DNA from: a virus
Taxonomy: Duplodnaviria; Caudoviricetes
Virus record (IMG/VR): IMGVR_UViG_3300027747_003745
Location: 1-54,200 of that record
DNA: 54,200 nt
Strand: one strand, 5' to 3'
Within the stretch, counting starts at the first letter, position 1. Every line of letters begins with the position of its first letter. The translations under genes were made by a program, and so were the position numbers. Under the pieces are notes generated by a model. That model did no database searches, was not told the origin of the DNA, and worked only from the letters and a program-made list of their open reading frames with translations. This document shows positions 26,207 to 35,112 of this stretch, piece by piece.

Positions 26207-26214
26207 TATATATC
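26207..26214 (-). promoter_or_regulatory. Putative late promoter GATATATA
   Basis: About 18 nt upstream of the 26189 start. Confidence 0.65.
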
Positions 26215-26230
26215 TAGAAAAAATAAGGGA

Positions 26231-27895
26231 TTAGAATTTATCTATAGTAATGGAGGAGAAGTTATTCGTTTTAGAAACCTCTAATTTCCAATCAAATATT
26301 TCGTGAGGCATAGGAGCGTGATTAATAACAAATATATTTAAGCCCATTTCTTTACAATTCTTTTTAAGAATTTTCAATATAGAGTGAATACCCTCTGGAT
26401 CAACTGAGCTGAAAAGCTCATCAAGGAAAAGGAGGTTTATAGTACTGAATTTAAGCTTCATGAGCTTCATGATTGATATTAAAACGACAAAATCAACCTT
26501 TTTCATTTCACCTGTGCTTAATGATGAAACAGGGATCTCAGCTCCCATATGATATAGGGAAGCCTTAAATTCCTCATCAAAAATAACTTGATAATCTAAA
26601 TTCATATCTCTTAGAAGATTTATTATCTCTGAATTTAAAGATGGTAATATTGTTTTTATAGCCATTTGTTTTACACCCTTCTCTCCTAAGATATCATCAA
26701 GCTTTTTAACCCATATATTTTTTTCTCCTGTTTTAATTATATCCGATTCAATTGTTTCTTTGTCGTTATTTAGATTTTCAAGAATTCTTCTTAGAGAAGA
26801 AACCTGGACATCGGAATCAGATGATTCTATTTTTTGGACTTCTCTAATTATCTCGTTTATTCTAGTTTGTATTTTATTACCCTTATCGTTTAAATCGGTC
26901 CTTATTCTTGCTAGATCTGATTCAGATTCCTTGCTTTTTTTAAGGGCTTCACTTATATCATTAAGATTATCGACTTCATTATCTCTATCAGATATCAAGT
27001 TGTTTTTTATCGAACTGTGAAATTCTGTAGTTAAGCTGCTCTCACAGGTTGGGCATTTTTCAGAATCATAAAGTTTTAGTCTTCTCTCGTAATCGTTACA
27101 TTTAGTTCTAGATTCAGCTAACAACCTGTTTGATTGCGATACAAGATCTAAGATCTTGCTTTCTTTAATTTTAAATTCCCCTATTTTTTTAGAATGAATT
27201 TCTTTTAAATTATTGAACTTCTCAAGGTCTTCGTTTAATTTAGAAATTTGATTTTTTGAATCCTCCTCAATGGAATTTAATAAAATATCAATTTCAGAAT
27301 TGGATTTATCTATACTTCTTTCTGTTGCATTTAGACTTCCTGTTAAATTATCTAGCTCCTCCTTTATTTTTCTGGATTCTCCCTTTAAAGCTTCTCTCAT
27401 TTGATTGAGTATATGGAATCCAAATATCTTATCCACGATAGCTCTTTTGTCCTGAGCATTCATTTTAATAAAAGATTTAAAATCATTTATCGATAATGAT
27501 ATTGTATTATTAAAAACATAATAAGGAATTCCTATTATATCATCAGCAAGATAATCCTGAACATTTCTATTTCCCGCTTGGTCGTATAAAACACCATCTA
27601 TATAGAGATTAAATAAAGAAGGATCTAATCCTCTCTCTATAGTTATTAATCGATTTCCGCTTTCAAATTCAATCCGGCACCAAGCGTGGCCGTTAATTCT
27701 GTTTGAAATATCACCTAGTTTTTTACCCTCAACTTTACCATAAAGACAAAATGCTATAACCTGAGATATTGTTGTTTTACCTACACCGTTACTTCCAACG
27801 ATTTGAAAAAGACAAGACTCATCAGGAAGTTCTAGTGTTTGCTTTCTATTTCCATAGGAAGCAAAGTTCTTCCATTCTATTTTTTTTATTTTCAT
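26231..27895 (-). CDS. Rad50/SbcC-like recombination ATPase (T4 gp46)
   Basis: NFASYGN, GSNGVGKT, zinc hook CPTC, LSTGE, FLDELFSSVD, H-loop INH. Confidence 0.95.
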   Translation of the reverse strand: MKIKKIEWKNFASYGNRKQTLELPDESCLFQIVGSNGVGKTTISQVIAFCLYGKVEGKKLGDISNRINGHAWCRIEFESGNRLITIERGLDPSLFNLYIDGVLYDQAGNRNVQDYLADDIIGIPYYVFNNTISLSINDFKSFIKMNAQDKRAIVDKIFGFHILNQMREALKGESRKIKEELDNLTGSLNATERSIDKSNSEIDILLNSIEEDSKNQISKLNEDLEKFNNLKEIHSKKIGEFKIKESKILDLVSQSNRLLAESRTKCNDYERRLKLYDSEKCPTCESSLTTEFHSSIKNNLISDRDNEVDNLNDISEALKKSKESESDLARIRTDLNDKGNKIQTRINEIIREVQKIESSDSDVQVSSLRRILENLNNDKETIESDIIKTGEKNIWVKKLDDILGEKGVKQMAIKTILPSLNSEIINLLRDMNLDYQVIFDEEFKASLYHMGAEIPVSSLSTGEMKKVDFVVLISIMKLMKLKFSTINLLFLDELFSSVDPEGIHSILKILKKNCKEMGLNIFVINHAPMPHEIFDWKLEVSKTNNFSSITIDKF

Positions 27896-27896
27896 G

Positions 27897-29000
27897 TTAA
27901 ATTGACTCTTGGTTTTGAGCAGACACTATAGTATAGAGCTTAGATAAACTAGCAACAAGCTTAGTTTTAACCTCTTCGTCTTCCTCAGTTTTATCCACAT
28001 ATTCTTTGATGAAATCCATAACATTAAATTGTCTACCCTCAACATCTATCATTTGTTGGGATAACGATGTAGCTTGGTTTGGATCATAAGGATGGAAATT
28101 AAGAGATTTTTGAGTTGTTATAATATCAGTTAATATACTCAGTTGTGCTTTTAAAGACATAACAGGATCTATCATTATATCAACAAAATTATTTCTAAAA
28201 ATTGGCTCAATCTCCTCTATTGTTGAATCTAATATATGATCAAAATAGAGTCTCTTAAATTTAGGGGAGAAATTATTAGGAAATACAGTTTCGGACATAT
28301 CAGAAAGATCTAGAAGAGTTATGGATTTTTGATTATCCATATCAGATCTAGTTAATTCATAAGGTGAGCCGAGCATATTTATATTTCCGGATTTTTGTGC
28401 ATAGTGTATATGACCGGAGTAAACTTTTTTAAACTTAGAAAACTTAGATATATCAGATCCTTCCTCTACGTTTACGTATTTATTAAACTTCAATCCTCTG
28501 ATATCTGTATGGCAGCAAAGTACATCATGGGGGCTTGCAGATTCTAATGTTCCTGCTTCTGACTGATGATCCTTTCTCCAAGGCATAAGAAAAAATGATC
28601 TATCGTTTATGATTAACGTTTCAGGTTCTTCTAGAATTCTTATGTTAGGTATCCATTTAATAGATTTTAAAGAATTAATCTCGTTTGTAGATTTCCCCCA
28701 AATATCGTGATTACCCGCTATGATATAAACACCATCCTTAAATATATTAGATAGCTCTTCCGCTATCTCAACTCCTAAATTTAAAACCTTCAAATTTAAA
28801 CTTTGTCTAGAATCGTAATAATCTCCCAGATGAATTATAATATCTCCTGGTTTGTAATTCTCTCTAACAAGTGGAAAGAACCAATTAAAGAAATAATCTC
28901 TAATTAAATCTATCCAATCGTTTGAATTATTTCTTATTCCAAGATGGGTATCAGTTATAAACCAAACCCTTTTACCCTTAACTGCTACTGAATTTTCCAA
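27897..29000 (-). CDS. Mre11/SbcD-like nuclease (T4 gp47)
   Basis: TDTHLG, LGDYYD, GNHD and SGHIH metallophosphoesterase motifs. Confidence 0.95.
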   Translation of the reverse strand: MENSVAVKGKRVWFITDTHLGIRNNSNDWIDLIRDYFFNWFFPLVRENYKPGDIIIHLGDYYDSRQSLNLKVLNLGVEIAEELSNIFKDGVYIIAGNHDIWGKSTNEINSLKSIKWIPNIRILEEPETLIINDRSFFLMPWRKDHQSEAGTLESASPHDVLCCHTDIRGLKFNKYVNVEEGSDISKFSKFKKVYSGHIHYAQKSGNINMLGSPYELTRSDMDNQKSITLLDLSDMSETVFPNNFSPKFKRLYFDHILDSTIEEIEPIFRNNFVDIMIDPVMSLKAQLSILTDIITTQKSLNFHPYDPNQATSLSQQMIDVEGRQFNVMDFIKEYVDKTEEDEEVKTKLVASLSKLYTIVSAQNQESI

Positions 29001-29011
29001 TGCTTATTATT

Positions 29012-29482
29012 TTAAAACAATCTTTTGATTTTCTTTTTAGACAGTACCTTATATTTTACCTCAAGCTCATTGATTATAATCTCTTTATATTTGATAGGTA
29101 TTATCTCATAAGCTTTAGAATATGGGATTTGTATATAATCACATATAGAAACAAATTTTTCAGAGAAACTATATTCAACTGATTCTATTTTTTCTAGAAC
29201 CTCCTGAAAAATATGGGGAATAAGATCTTTAGGTATTTTTTTTCTATAGCTTAATGGAAACCATCTAGATGTTTGAAAAGCTTCATAAATAAGCTCTTCT
29301 AATTTCTTACGATGTAAATACTCTTGCTCGTCATAGTATTCTTCTACAAGTTTATTATTTTGATCTATCTCAAAATTTTCACCATATTCCTGATCTTTAG
29401 TGGGATTATTATGAGCCCCGAGTATTTTATCTCCTAGTTTCTTTACCCCTTCTTTTTTTACTTCCTCTTTTTTTCCTAACAT
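29012..29482 (-). CDS. Hypothetical protein; C-terminal half weakly like T4 gp33 late coactivator
   Basis: ATG 29482 avoids overlap with the helicase; C-terminus ICDYIQIPYSKAYEIIPIKYKEIIINE..KKKIKRLF. Confidence 0.55.
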   Translation of the reverse strand: MLGKKEEVKKEGVKKLGDKILGAHNNPTKDQEYGENFEIDQNNKLVEEYYDEQEYLHRKKLEELIYEAFQTSRWFPLSYRKKIPKDLIPHIFQEVLEKIESVEYSFSEKFVSICDYIQIPYSKAYEIIPIKYKEIIINELEVKYKVLSKKKIKRLF

Positions 29483-29498
29483 GATTTTTTTTGTTTTT

Positions 29499-30800
29499 TT
29501 ACTCAACGTGCATAGCAACGCTGGAATCCTCTGCAATTCTCATGTAACGATAATCTACACTGAATACCTTATGTGCATTCTTGTACCCGTCTTCACGATT
29601 TGCTAGGATTTTTAACTTGTACTCTTTATTGGCATACATAATAGGATCTTGAATAATACCAAACATACCATCAACAGTAGCAACTAAGCCCGAAGATTCT
29701 GAAGCAGAACTGATACTTAAATCAGAAGCGTCGAAATCTCCCTGCTTTGTTTGTGTTGCTGTGATAATAGACCAACTGTTGATCATTGCTGATCCTCTTA
29801 AATCCTCAGCAATTTGTTTGATTTTCATGTAAGTGTTTTCGGAGTTAGGATTTCTCCAATTCTTCATAATGTTAATATAGTCCACAATAACTATCTTAAA
29901 TTTTATCCCTCTAATTTCCTCAACTTTCTTTAAATATCTTTCAATGTCATTAACTGATGCTTGTGATGTTGGAAACTCCTTAATTAGAAGTTGACCTGGA
30001 ACTCTTAAATTATCAAATGTAACTGAGCTAAGTTTTTTCTTAATAAGTTGCTCGTCGTTAGATCTTTCACCATATTCAGAAATGGGGATACCTAAAATAT
30101 TAGCCCCCATTCTTTTCACATACTTTCTATCTCCCATCTCGAGAGAAATAACAGCAACATTATGGCCGTTCTTAACCGCCTGCGCTGCTAAGTTACCTAG
30201 CCATAAAGATTTACCTACCTTAGGCATTCCCATAAAAACATATAGTGCCTTTGCAGCAAATCCTCCTCCAAGTACGGTATCTATAAATGGATAACCACTC
30301 GAAAATGTATTAGAAGTTATCTGTTTGTGATTCTCAGGTTTAAAGAAATCTAATCCCTCATCAAAAGAGAAGTCTATATTATTCCTCTCAATAACTATAT
30401 TCTTAAAGGTATCAATTACTGTTTTAATGTTCTCAGAAGTGACCGGAGTTGATTGAATATACTTAACAGCATCAACTGCAGATTTTGTTAGGTTCTTATA
30501 TTCAATAAAAAACTCTGTAGTTTCTCTTAACCAATCTTCATCATATTGGGTTAGATCTATATCATAAATGGTTTTAATTTCACTGCTTTTAACGGAATCT
30601 GATTTACCTTGTATTTTAAAAGATTCAATAAGCTGCTCTGCTGTAGGTATCTCGTGGTATTTATCCCAGAAATCTTTAACAGAGGAGAATATATCACCCA
30701 GAGTTTCATTCTTAAAGAAATGAGACTTACAGGTATCAAGATAAGCTGCACTGTTTAGAACATATCTTAATATTATATTTTCTGAGTGAGTTAAATCCAT
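29499..30800 (-). CDS. Replicative DnaB-like helicase (T4 gp41)
   Basis: GMPKVGKS, SLEM, IKEFPT, VDYINIM, IAEDLRG, TATQ. Confidence 0.95.
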   Translation of the reverse strand: MDLTHSENIILRYVLNSAAYLDTCKSHFFKNETLGDIFSSVKDFWDKYHEIPTAEQLIESFKIQGKSDSVKSSEIKTIYDIDLTQYDEDWLRETTEFFIEYKNLTKSAVDAVKYIQSTPVTSENIKTVIDTFKNIVIERNNIDFSFDEGLDFFKPENHKQITSNTFSSGYPFIDTVLGGGFAAKALYVFMGMPKVGKSLWLGNLAAQAVKNGHNVAVISLEMGDRKYVKRMGANILGIPISEYGERSNDEQLIKKKLSSVTFDNLRVPGQLLIKEFPTSQASVNDIERYLKKVEEIRGIKFKIVIVDYINIMKNWRNPNSENTYMKIKQIAEDLRGSAMINSWSIITATQTKQGDFDASDLSISSASESSGLVATVDGMFGIIQDPIMYANKEYKLKILANREDGYKNAHKVFSVDYRYMRIAEDSSVAMHVE

Positions 30801-30811
30801 TTAGATAATTT

Positions 30812-31108
30812 TTATTTTGTGTAATAGATATTATTTCTTATCTTATACCACTTTTTTGTTTCAGTACTTTTTGGCGATTCTTCTAGTTCTCCAGTTTTTA
30901 TCATCTCATCTATGATTTCTCCATAAGACTTTTCCCACTGTGATCCGAATATAGATTTAAAAGTTTGGCTAGAAAAATCGCCATTAGGTCTGCCATCCTT
31001 AACTAGAAAAACACTTATCTCATAGGCTATATCCTCTTTGGTTGGATATTGAGGTAGGGATTTCCATAGACCAAGAATGTATTTTATTTTAATCTTATTC
31101 TTGTTCAT
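30812..31108 (-). CDS. Small hypothetical protein, possibly winged-helix
   Basis: 98 aa; helix followed by IDEMIKTGELEE..KKWYKI wing-like end. Confidence 0.6.
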   Translation of the reverse strand: MNKNKIKIKYILGLWKSLPQYPTKEDIAYEISVFLVKDGRPNGDFSSQTFKSIFGSQWEKSYGEIIDEMIKTGELEESPKSTETKKWYKIRNNIYYTK

Positions 31109-32249
31109 CTGTACTTTCCTCCTCGTTTACAAATTCTTCCAATTGAGATTCATCAAATAGATCAGGTAATAAGAAGTGTGGCTTTATCACTTTCTCATCT
31201 AAATTTCTAAGAACTTCTTCGGTAAAAATGTCTTCACTAAATAGCTGGGTTGATGCGATAGTTTTACCTAGGTGTCTGACTGCCCATCTTGGAGATGACT
31301 CAACAGGTGTAAATATCATTTCACCAGTCTTTTTATCAACCTCTAATTTACCTCTTTGAATTCCGCAGGTTTCCCAATTTACAAAATCTTGAAGACCAAC
31401 AAAAGGATTCATCCCATTCATAAAAGAAATGTGGAATTTAACAGGATAAGGTCTAGTGAATCTTGCTTTCTTAGGGGTTGATGTTACTATAATTCCAGTC
31501 TTGGTGTCATTCTCTTTTAACTGAGCTTTAGAAAGCATAACAACATTACTCATAGAGAAGATTGGACCGTCACCTCCTGACGCTTCTTTCGTTGGCATAA
31601 ATCCACCAATACCTCCGGTTGTTGTGTGATTGGTACACACAAGTGGTATTCTAACTCCAGTAAGATCTAATGTAATTACTCTGAACAGGGATCTCATTTC
31701 TTTAGATCTTAGACCCATATCCATCGCACTTTTACCTTTGATAGCATCTCCAGTTTCTTTATCAGTACTAAGCATACCCAAGGAATCAAGGATGATCATA
31801 ATTCTAGGTTCAGCACCATCTTTTCTAGCATCCTTTATTTTCTCAATGATGTTAGTGGTAAAGATCTTGAAATCGTTAATTGTTTTAATTGGTTGATACC
31901 TAACTCTATTTGGATCAACCCCGAATTTTTTAGCTGAACTTTTATCAATAGCACCTTCAGTGTCGCAGTAGATAACATCATAATTCTGTTTCTGTGCCTC
32001 TCTGGTAATATTCATTGCTAAGAATGTTTTACCTGTTGAAGGATCACCAGCTATTCCGATAGATCTGTTATTTGCTATACCACCAAATAAGCTACCTGAT
32101 AGCTGAGCATTTAACAGATAATTACCTGTTGAAATCCATTCTGTTGTTTTTGAAAATTCGTTGGTCTCTAAGATGGAGCCAGTTTCAAATCCCTCTATTT
32201 TAGAGAGTTGTTTGTCTAGTTCTAAAAATGAGAATTCTTTTTTAGCCAT
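31095..32249 (-). CDS. uvsX: RecA/UvsX recombinase
   Basis: ISTGNYLLN..SG, GDPSTGKT, DTEGA, LDSLGML, TNH, SGG. Confidence 0.95.
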   Translation of the reverse strand: MAKKEFSFLELDKQLSKIEGFETGSILETNEFSKTTEWISTGNYLLNAQLSGSLFGGIANNRSIGIAGDPSTGKTFLAMNITREAQKQNYDVIYCDTEGAIDKSSAKKFGVDPNRVRYQPIKTINDFKIFTTNIIEKIKDARKDGAEPRIMIILDSLGMLSTDKETGDAIKGKSAMDMGLRSKEMRSLFRVITLDLTGVRIPLVCTNHTTTGGIGGFMPTKEASGGDGPIFSMSNVVMLSKAQLKENDTKTGIIVTSTPKKARFTRPYPVKFHISFMNGMNPFVGLQDFVNWETCGIQRGKLEVDKKTGEMIFTPVESSPRWAVRHLGKTIASTQLFSEDIFTEEVLRNLDEKVIKPHFLLPDLFDESQLEEFVNEEESTDEQE

Positions 32250-32271
32250 AATATGATTTGATTATTTATAA

Positions 32272-32300
32272 ATCATACTGCTAAAATAAAGATTAGTTTC
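32272..32300 (-). promoter_or_regulatory. Putative ECF-type promoter GAAAC-N18-TATGAT; a TATAAATA also lies just downstream
   Basis: Upstream of the uvsX-helicase-gp47/46 operon. Confidence 0.55.
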
Positions 32301-32346
32301 TGAGATTTGGTGTGATTAAGCTTGGGGTTTAGAGTTGGGCTCTAAG

Positions 32347-32398
32347 AAAAGGCTAAGATATTATCAATCCCTGGGGTGATTAGATAATCATCTTAGCC
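32347..32398 (-). terminator. Long bulged hairpin, probable terminator
   Basis: GGCTAAGAT-ATTATC-AATC...GATT-GATAAT-ATCTTAGCC inverted repeat followed by TTTT on the minus strand. Confidence 0.55.
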
Positions 32399-32432
32399 AT
32401 ATTTTGTAAAAATGTTTCTTATTTATTCGAAT

Positions 32433-35075
32433 TTATTTTGTTACATGTACGGATCCGGTATCTTTTCTTTTACTAGATTTAAGTTGGGGAACCCCTATCT
32501 TTTTTAAAACCTCATTTATCCCCTTTAGCTCCTTATCGTTGAAAAAGAATTGAAAAACCTCTTCAAAGCTAAATCCATCTCTTTTTTTATTTTTCTTTAT
32601 CCTATCAGTATATAAAGTTTTATCTATCATACTTACACTCATCATCTTCCAATCCAGCGATAGTCTTTGAAGATTCATTCTACTTGGCCACCAATAATCC
32701 CAAGCTCTTTTAACGTCTTTATAAATAGCTTTACTTGTTATTTTATCCCTAAACACCTTAGTAGCTGCTTTTGAACTTTCTGTCATTCCTGACATTGCAA
32801 TTAGTAGAGATCTCGCTATTTGTTTAGATTCATTACCTATATCTGTCTTCTTGGTCGAGGCCTTAGTTTCCCCGCTGCTTTTAGAACCGCTGCTTTTAGA
32901 ACCGCTGCTTTTAGAACCGCTGCTTGTAGAACCGCTGCTTGTAGAACCGCTGCTTTTAGAACCGCTGCCAGAAGAACTACTACTTGTTGAAGAGCTAGAA
33001 GCTGCTGGTTGATCTGTACTATTATTGTTGGTATTACCTGTTTCCGTAGAAGATGTATTATCGTTATTCGAACCCTTCTCTGAATCACCCCCCATTAATT
33101 TCTCCCATGTTTTAGATCCAACTACACCATCAGCTTTTAATCCATTTGCTTTTTGAAAAGCAATAACTGCTGCTTTTGTACGTTTTAAATAAGCCCCAGT
33201 TGGCTTACCGCTTGTAAGTTTTAACAGGCCAAGATCTATTAATTTTTGCTGGAGATCTATTACATCTTGTCCACTAGATCCCATCTTAAGAATTTTATTA
33301 AAAGGTTTACCCTCTTTATCTCCTTTATCTGCAGTTACTGACTCTGGAGCTTCGTAAGCTGAATCAGATCCCGCGCTATCACCAGCAAGTTTTTTAACAA
33401 CATCCGCTCTATTTTCAACATATGTTGCTAAATCTAATTGATATCCCCTAAAATCTTTCTCTGATGAGAAGTTATAGTTCTTATGAGCCAATTTCATAAT
33501 ACATAGCTGAGCAAGTTTAGTTGCTTTTTTTGTTGGCTCATCATAAACCCCTTTCTTATATGATCCTTTTTTCAAATATCCAAGTGTTTCTAATCTTGTT
33601 TGATATTCAGTTATGGCATCTTTATCAGAATCTTTTGGATTGGGAGGAAATGTTTTATATTTCATATTTGATTTTTTATTTGTAGATTTATCTGTTGATT
33701 TACTGCTTGATCCACTTGAGCCTTTAGATTCACCCTTTCCACCTCCATTTAAAGCCTTGAGATATGATGCAGGCTCCATATCTGTTATTTTCTGCTGTAC
33801 GTAGGCTTTGCCTATTACTATTTGCATATCCTTCTTAGCGTCAGTAACTAAATCCTGACCTTTCTCGAGAGAACTAGCTCCTATCATACCTTCTTCACTA
33901 GATTTCATTACCTCCTCTTTCCATTTTTCCAGCTCTCCTCCACTTTTTATCTTATCTTTAAGATCATCTTCGATCTTTTTTAACTCCTTTTTTACCTGCC
34001 CTAAATCGTCTTTTTTAGCTTCTATTACATCGTCTATCTTAGTTACATATTCATAAGCTTTATCGTAAAAATCGATAATTGAAGATGCCGAGCTTTTAGC
34101 GGAATTTCCTTTCCCTGCTCCCAAGGTGGAAGCATATGATATGACGTTATCTATTTCTCTTTTCATTGAAGTAAGAGCTGCTCTAATCCCAGTTGCCTGA
34201 CTAATCAATATACTAGAAGCTGCATCTGAAAGAGCACCCCCGTTTTTATCCTTTCCTCCGAAAAAATCTTTAACTTTATCTTTAACATCTTTAATAAGGT
34301 TCTCGTTTGTTTTTTTACCTATTCTACTTTCACCGTCATCTTTTACCTTTCCTTTTACCTCTGATTTTCCACCCCCCCTCTCCCACCCTCTCTCTTTTTC
34401 CTTCTTTATCTCCTCTGCATCCATCTCTTCTTTCTCTTTAGATATTATATCACTAGCTTTATCTCCAGCATTTTGTTTTTTAACTGCAGCTTTTTCTTTT
34501 GTCCTATTAGACATTGCATATACTGCAGCCTCTACATCTCCATCTTTTTCTAATTTTTTTATTAGAGATTCCCCACCTTTTTTAAATACGTCTATCGCAG
34601 TTATAAGTTTTTCCCCTATTCTCTCGTAAATCGGAAAATTAGCAGAATCACCAACATCCCCTATTGCTTCCATCCATTTTTTTCGTAACTTTTCTCTCTC
34701 CTTATTAAAAATTGCATCTGGCATATCGCCTTTATCATGGCTTGCTTTTAAAGCCTCAATCTCTTTTTTAATCCCGTCCGCATCTTTATTTTTAGGCATT
34801 CGTATATAGCTCTTAATCTTATCTGCGGTACTGGACATGTTTTTCCAGGCATCCCTGAGATCTGATGCGCTTCCTTTTAAAGTTGATAATTTTCCAATTA
34901 AGCTGTCGTATATAGAATAAATCTCTTTCGACTCTTTGTCATTTGCAGAAACTGCAGCTTCTAAAAGCATCCCGATAGCACTTATAGCTTCAGTAAAGAA
35001 AAGATTATGGCTAGTTAATGCATTACCGTCTGATTCAAAAATTCGGTGATATTCAGAGTATTTTTTTATTCTCAT
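32433..35075 (-). CDS. Large helical protein with two peptidoglycan-binding (PG_binding_1-like) domains and Ser-rich linker; putative internal virion protein
   Basis: LKMGSSGQDVIDLQQKL..T..AVIAFQKANGLKADGVVGSKTW plus a degenerate copy; N-terminus MRIKKYSEYHRIFE. Confidence 0.7.
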   Translation of the reverse strand: MRIKKYSEYHRIFESDGNALTSHNLFFTEAISAIGMLLEAAVSANDKESKEIYSIYDSLIGKLSTLKGSASDLRDAWKNMSSTADKIKSYIRMPKNKDADGIKKEIEALKASHDKGDMPDAIFNKEREKLRKKWMEAIGDVGDSANFPIYERIGEKLITAIDVFKKGGESLIKKLEKDGDVEAAVYAMSNRTKEKAAVKKQNAGDKASDIISKEKEEMDAEEIKKEKERGWERGGGKSEVKGKVKDDGESRIGKKTNENLIKDVKDKVKDFFGGKDKNGGALSDAASSILISQATGIRAALTSMKREIDNVISYASTLGAGKGNSAKSSASSIIDFYDKAYEYVTKIDDVIEAKKDDLGQVKKELKKIEDDLKDKIKSGGELEKWKEEVMKSSEEGMIGASSLEKGQDLVTDAKKDMQIVIGKAYVQQKITDMEPASYLKALNGGGKGESKGSSGSSSKSTDKSTNKKSNMKYKTFPPNPKDSDKDAITEYQTRLETLGYLKKGSYKKGVYDEPTKKATKLAQLCIMKLAHKNYNFSSEKDFRGYQLDLATYVENRADVVKKLAGDSAGSDSAYEAPESVTADKGDKEGKPFNKILKMGSSGQDVIDLQQKLIDLGLLKLTSGKPTGAYLKRTKAAVIAFQKANGLKADGVVGSKTWEKLMGGDSEKGSNNDNTSSTETGNTNNNSTDQPAASSSSTSSSSSGSGSKSSGSTSSGSTSSGSKSSGSKSSGSKSSGETKASTKKTDIGNESKQIARSLLIAMSGMTESSKAATKVFRDKITSKAIYKDVKRAWDYWWPSRMNLQRLSLDWKMMSVSMIDKTLYTDRIKKNKKRDGFSFEEVFQFFFNDKELKGINEVLKKIGVPQLKSSKRKDTGSVHVTK
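32872..32968. repeat. 15-bp tandem repeat, about 6.5 copies (ccgctgctt[t/g]tagaa), encoding SGS[K/T]S
   Basis: Read directly from the sequence. Confidence 0.95.
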
Positions 35076-35112
35076 TTTATTAAATATTTTAAAATCGTTA
35101 ATAAATTATAAA

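Noticed and set aside
17366-32249. Inteins or introns in terL, helicase, gp46 or UvsX
   Set aside because: Sizes are near normal, motifs are contiguous, and no splice-junction or homing endonuclease signatures were seen.
32872-32968. Tandem repeat as a CRISPR array
   Set aside because: Contiguous 15-bp units with no spacers, in frame within a CDS; no cas genes in the window.
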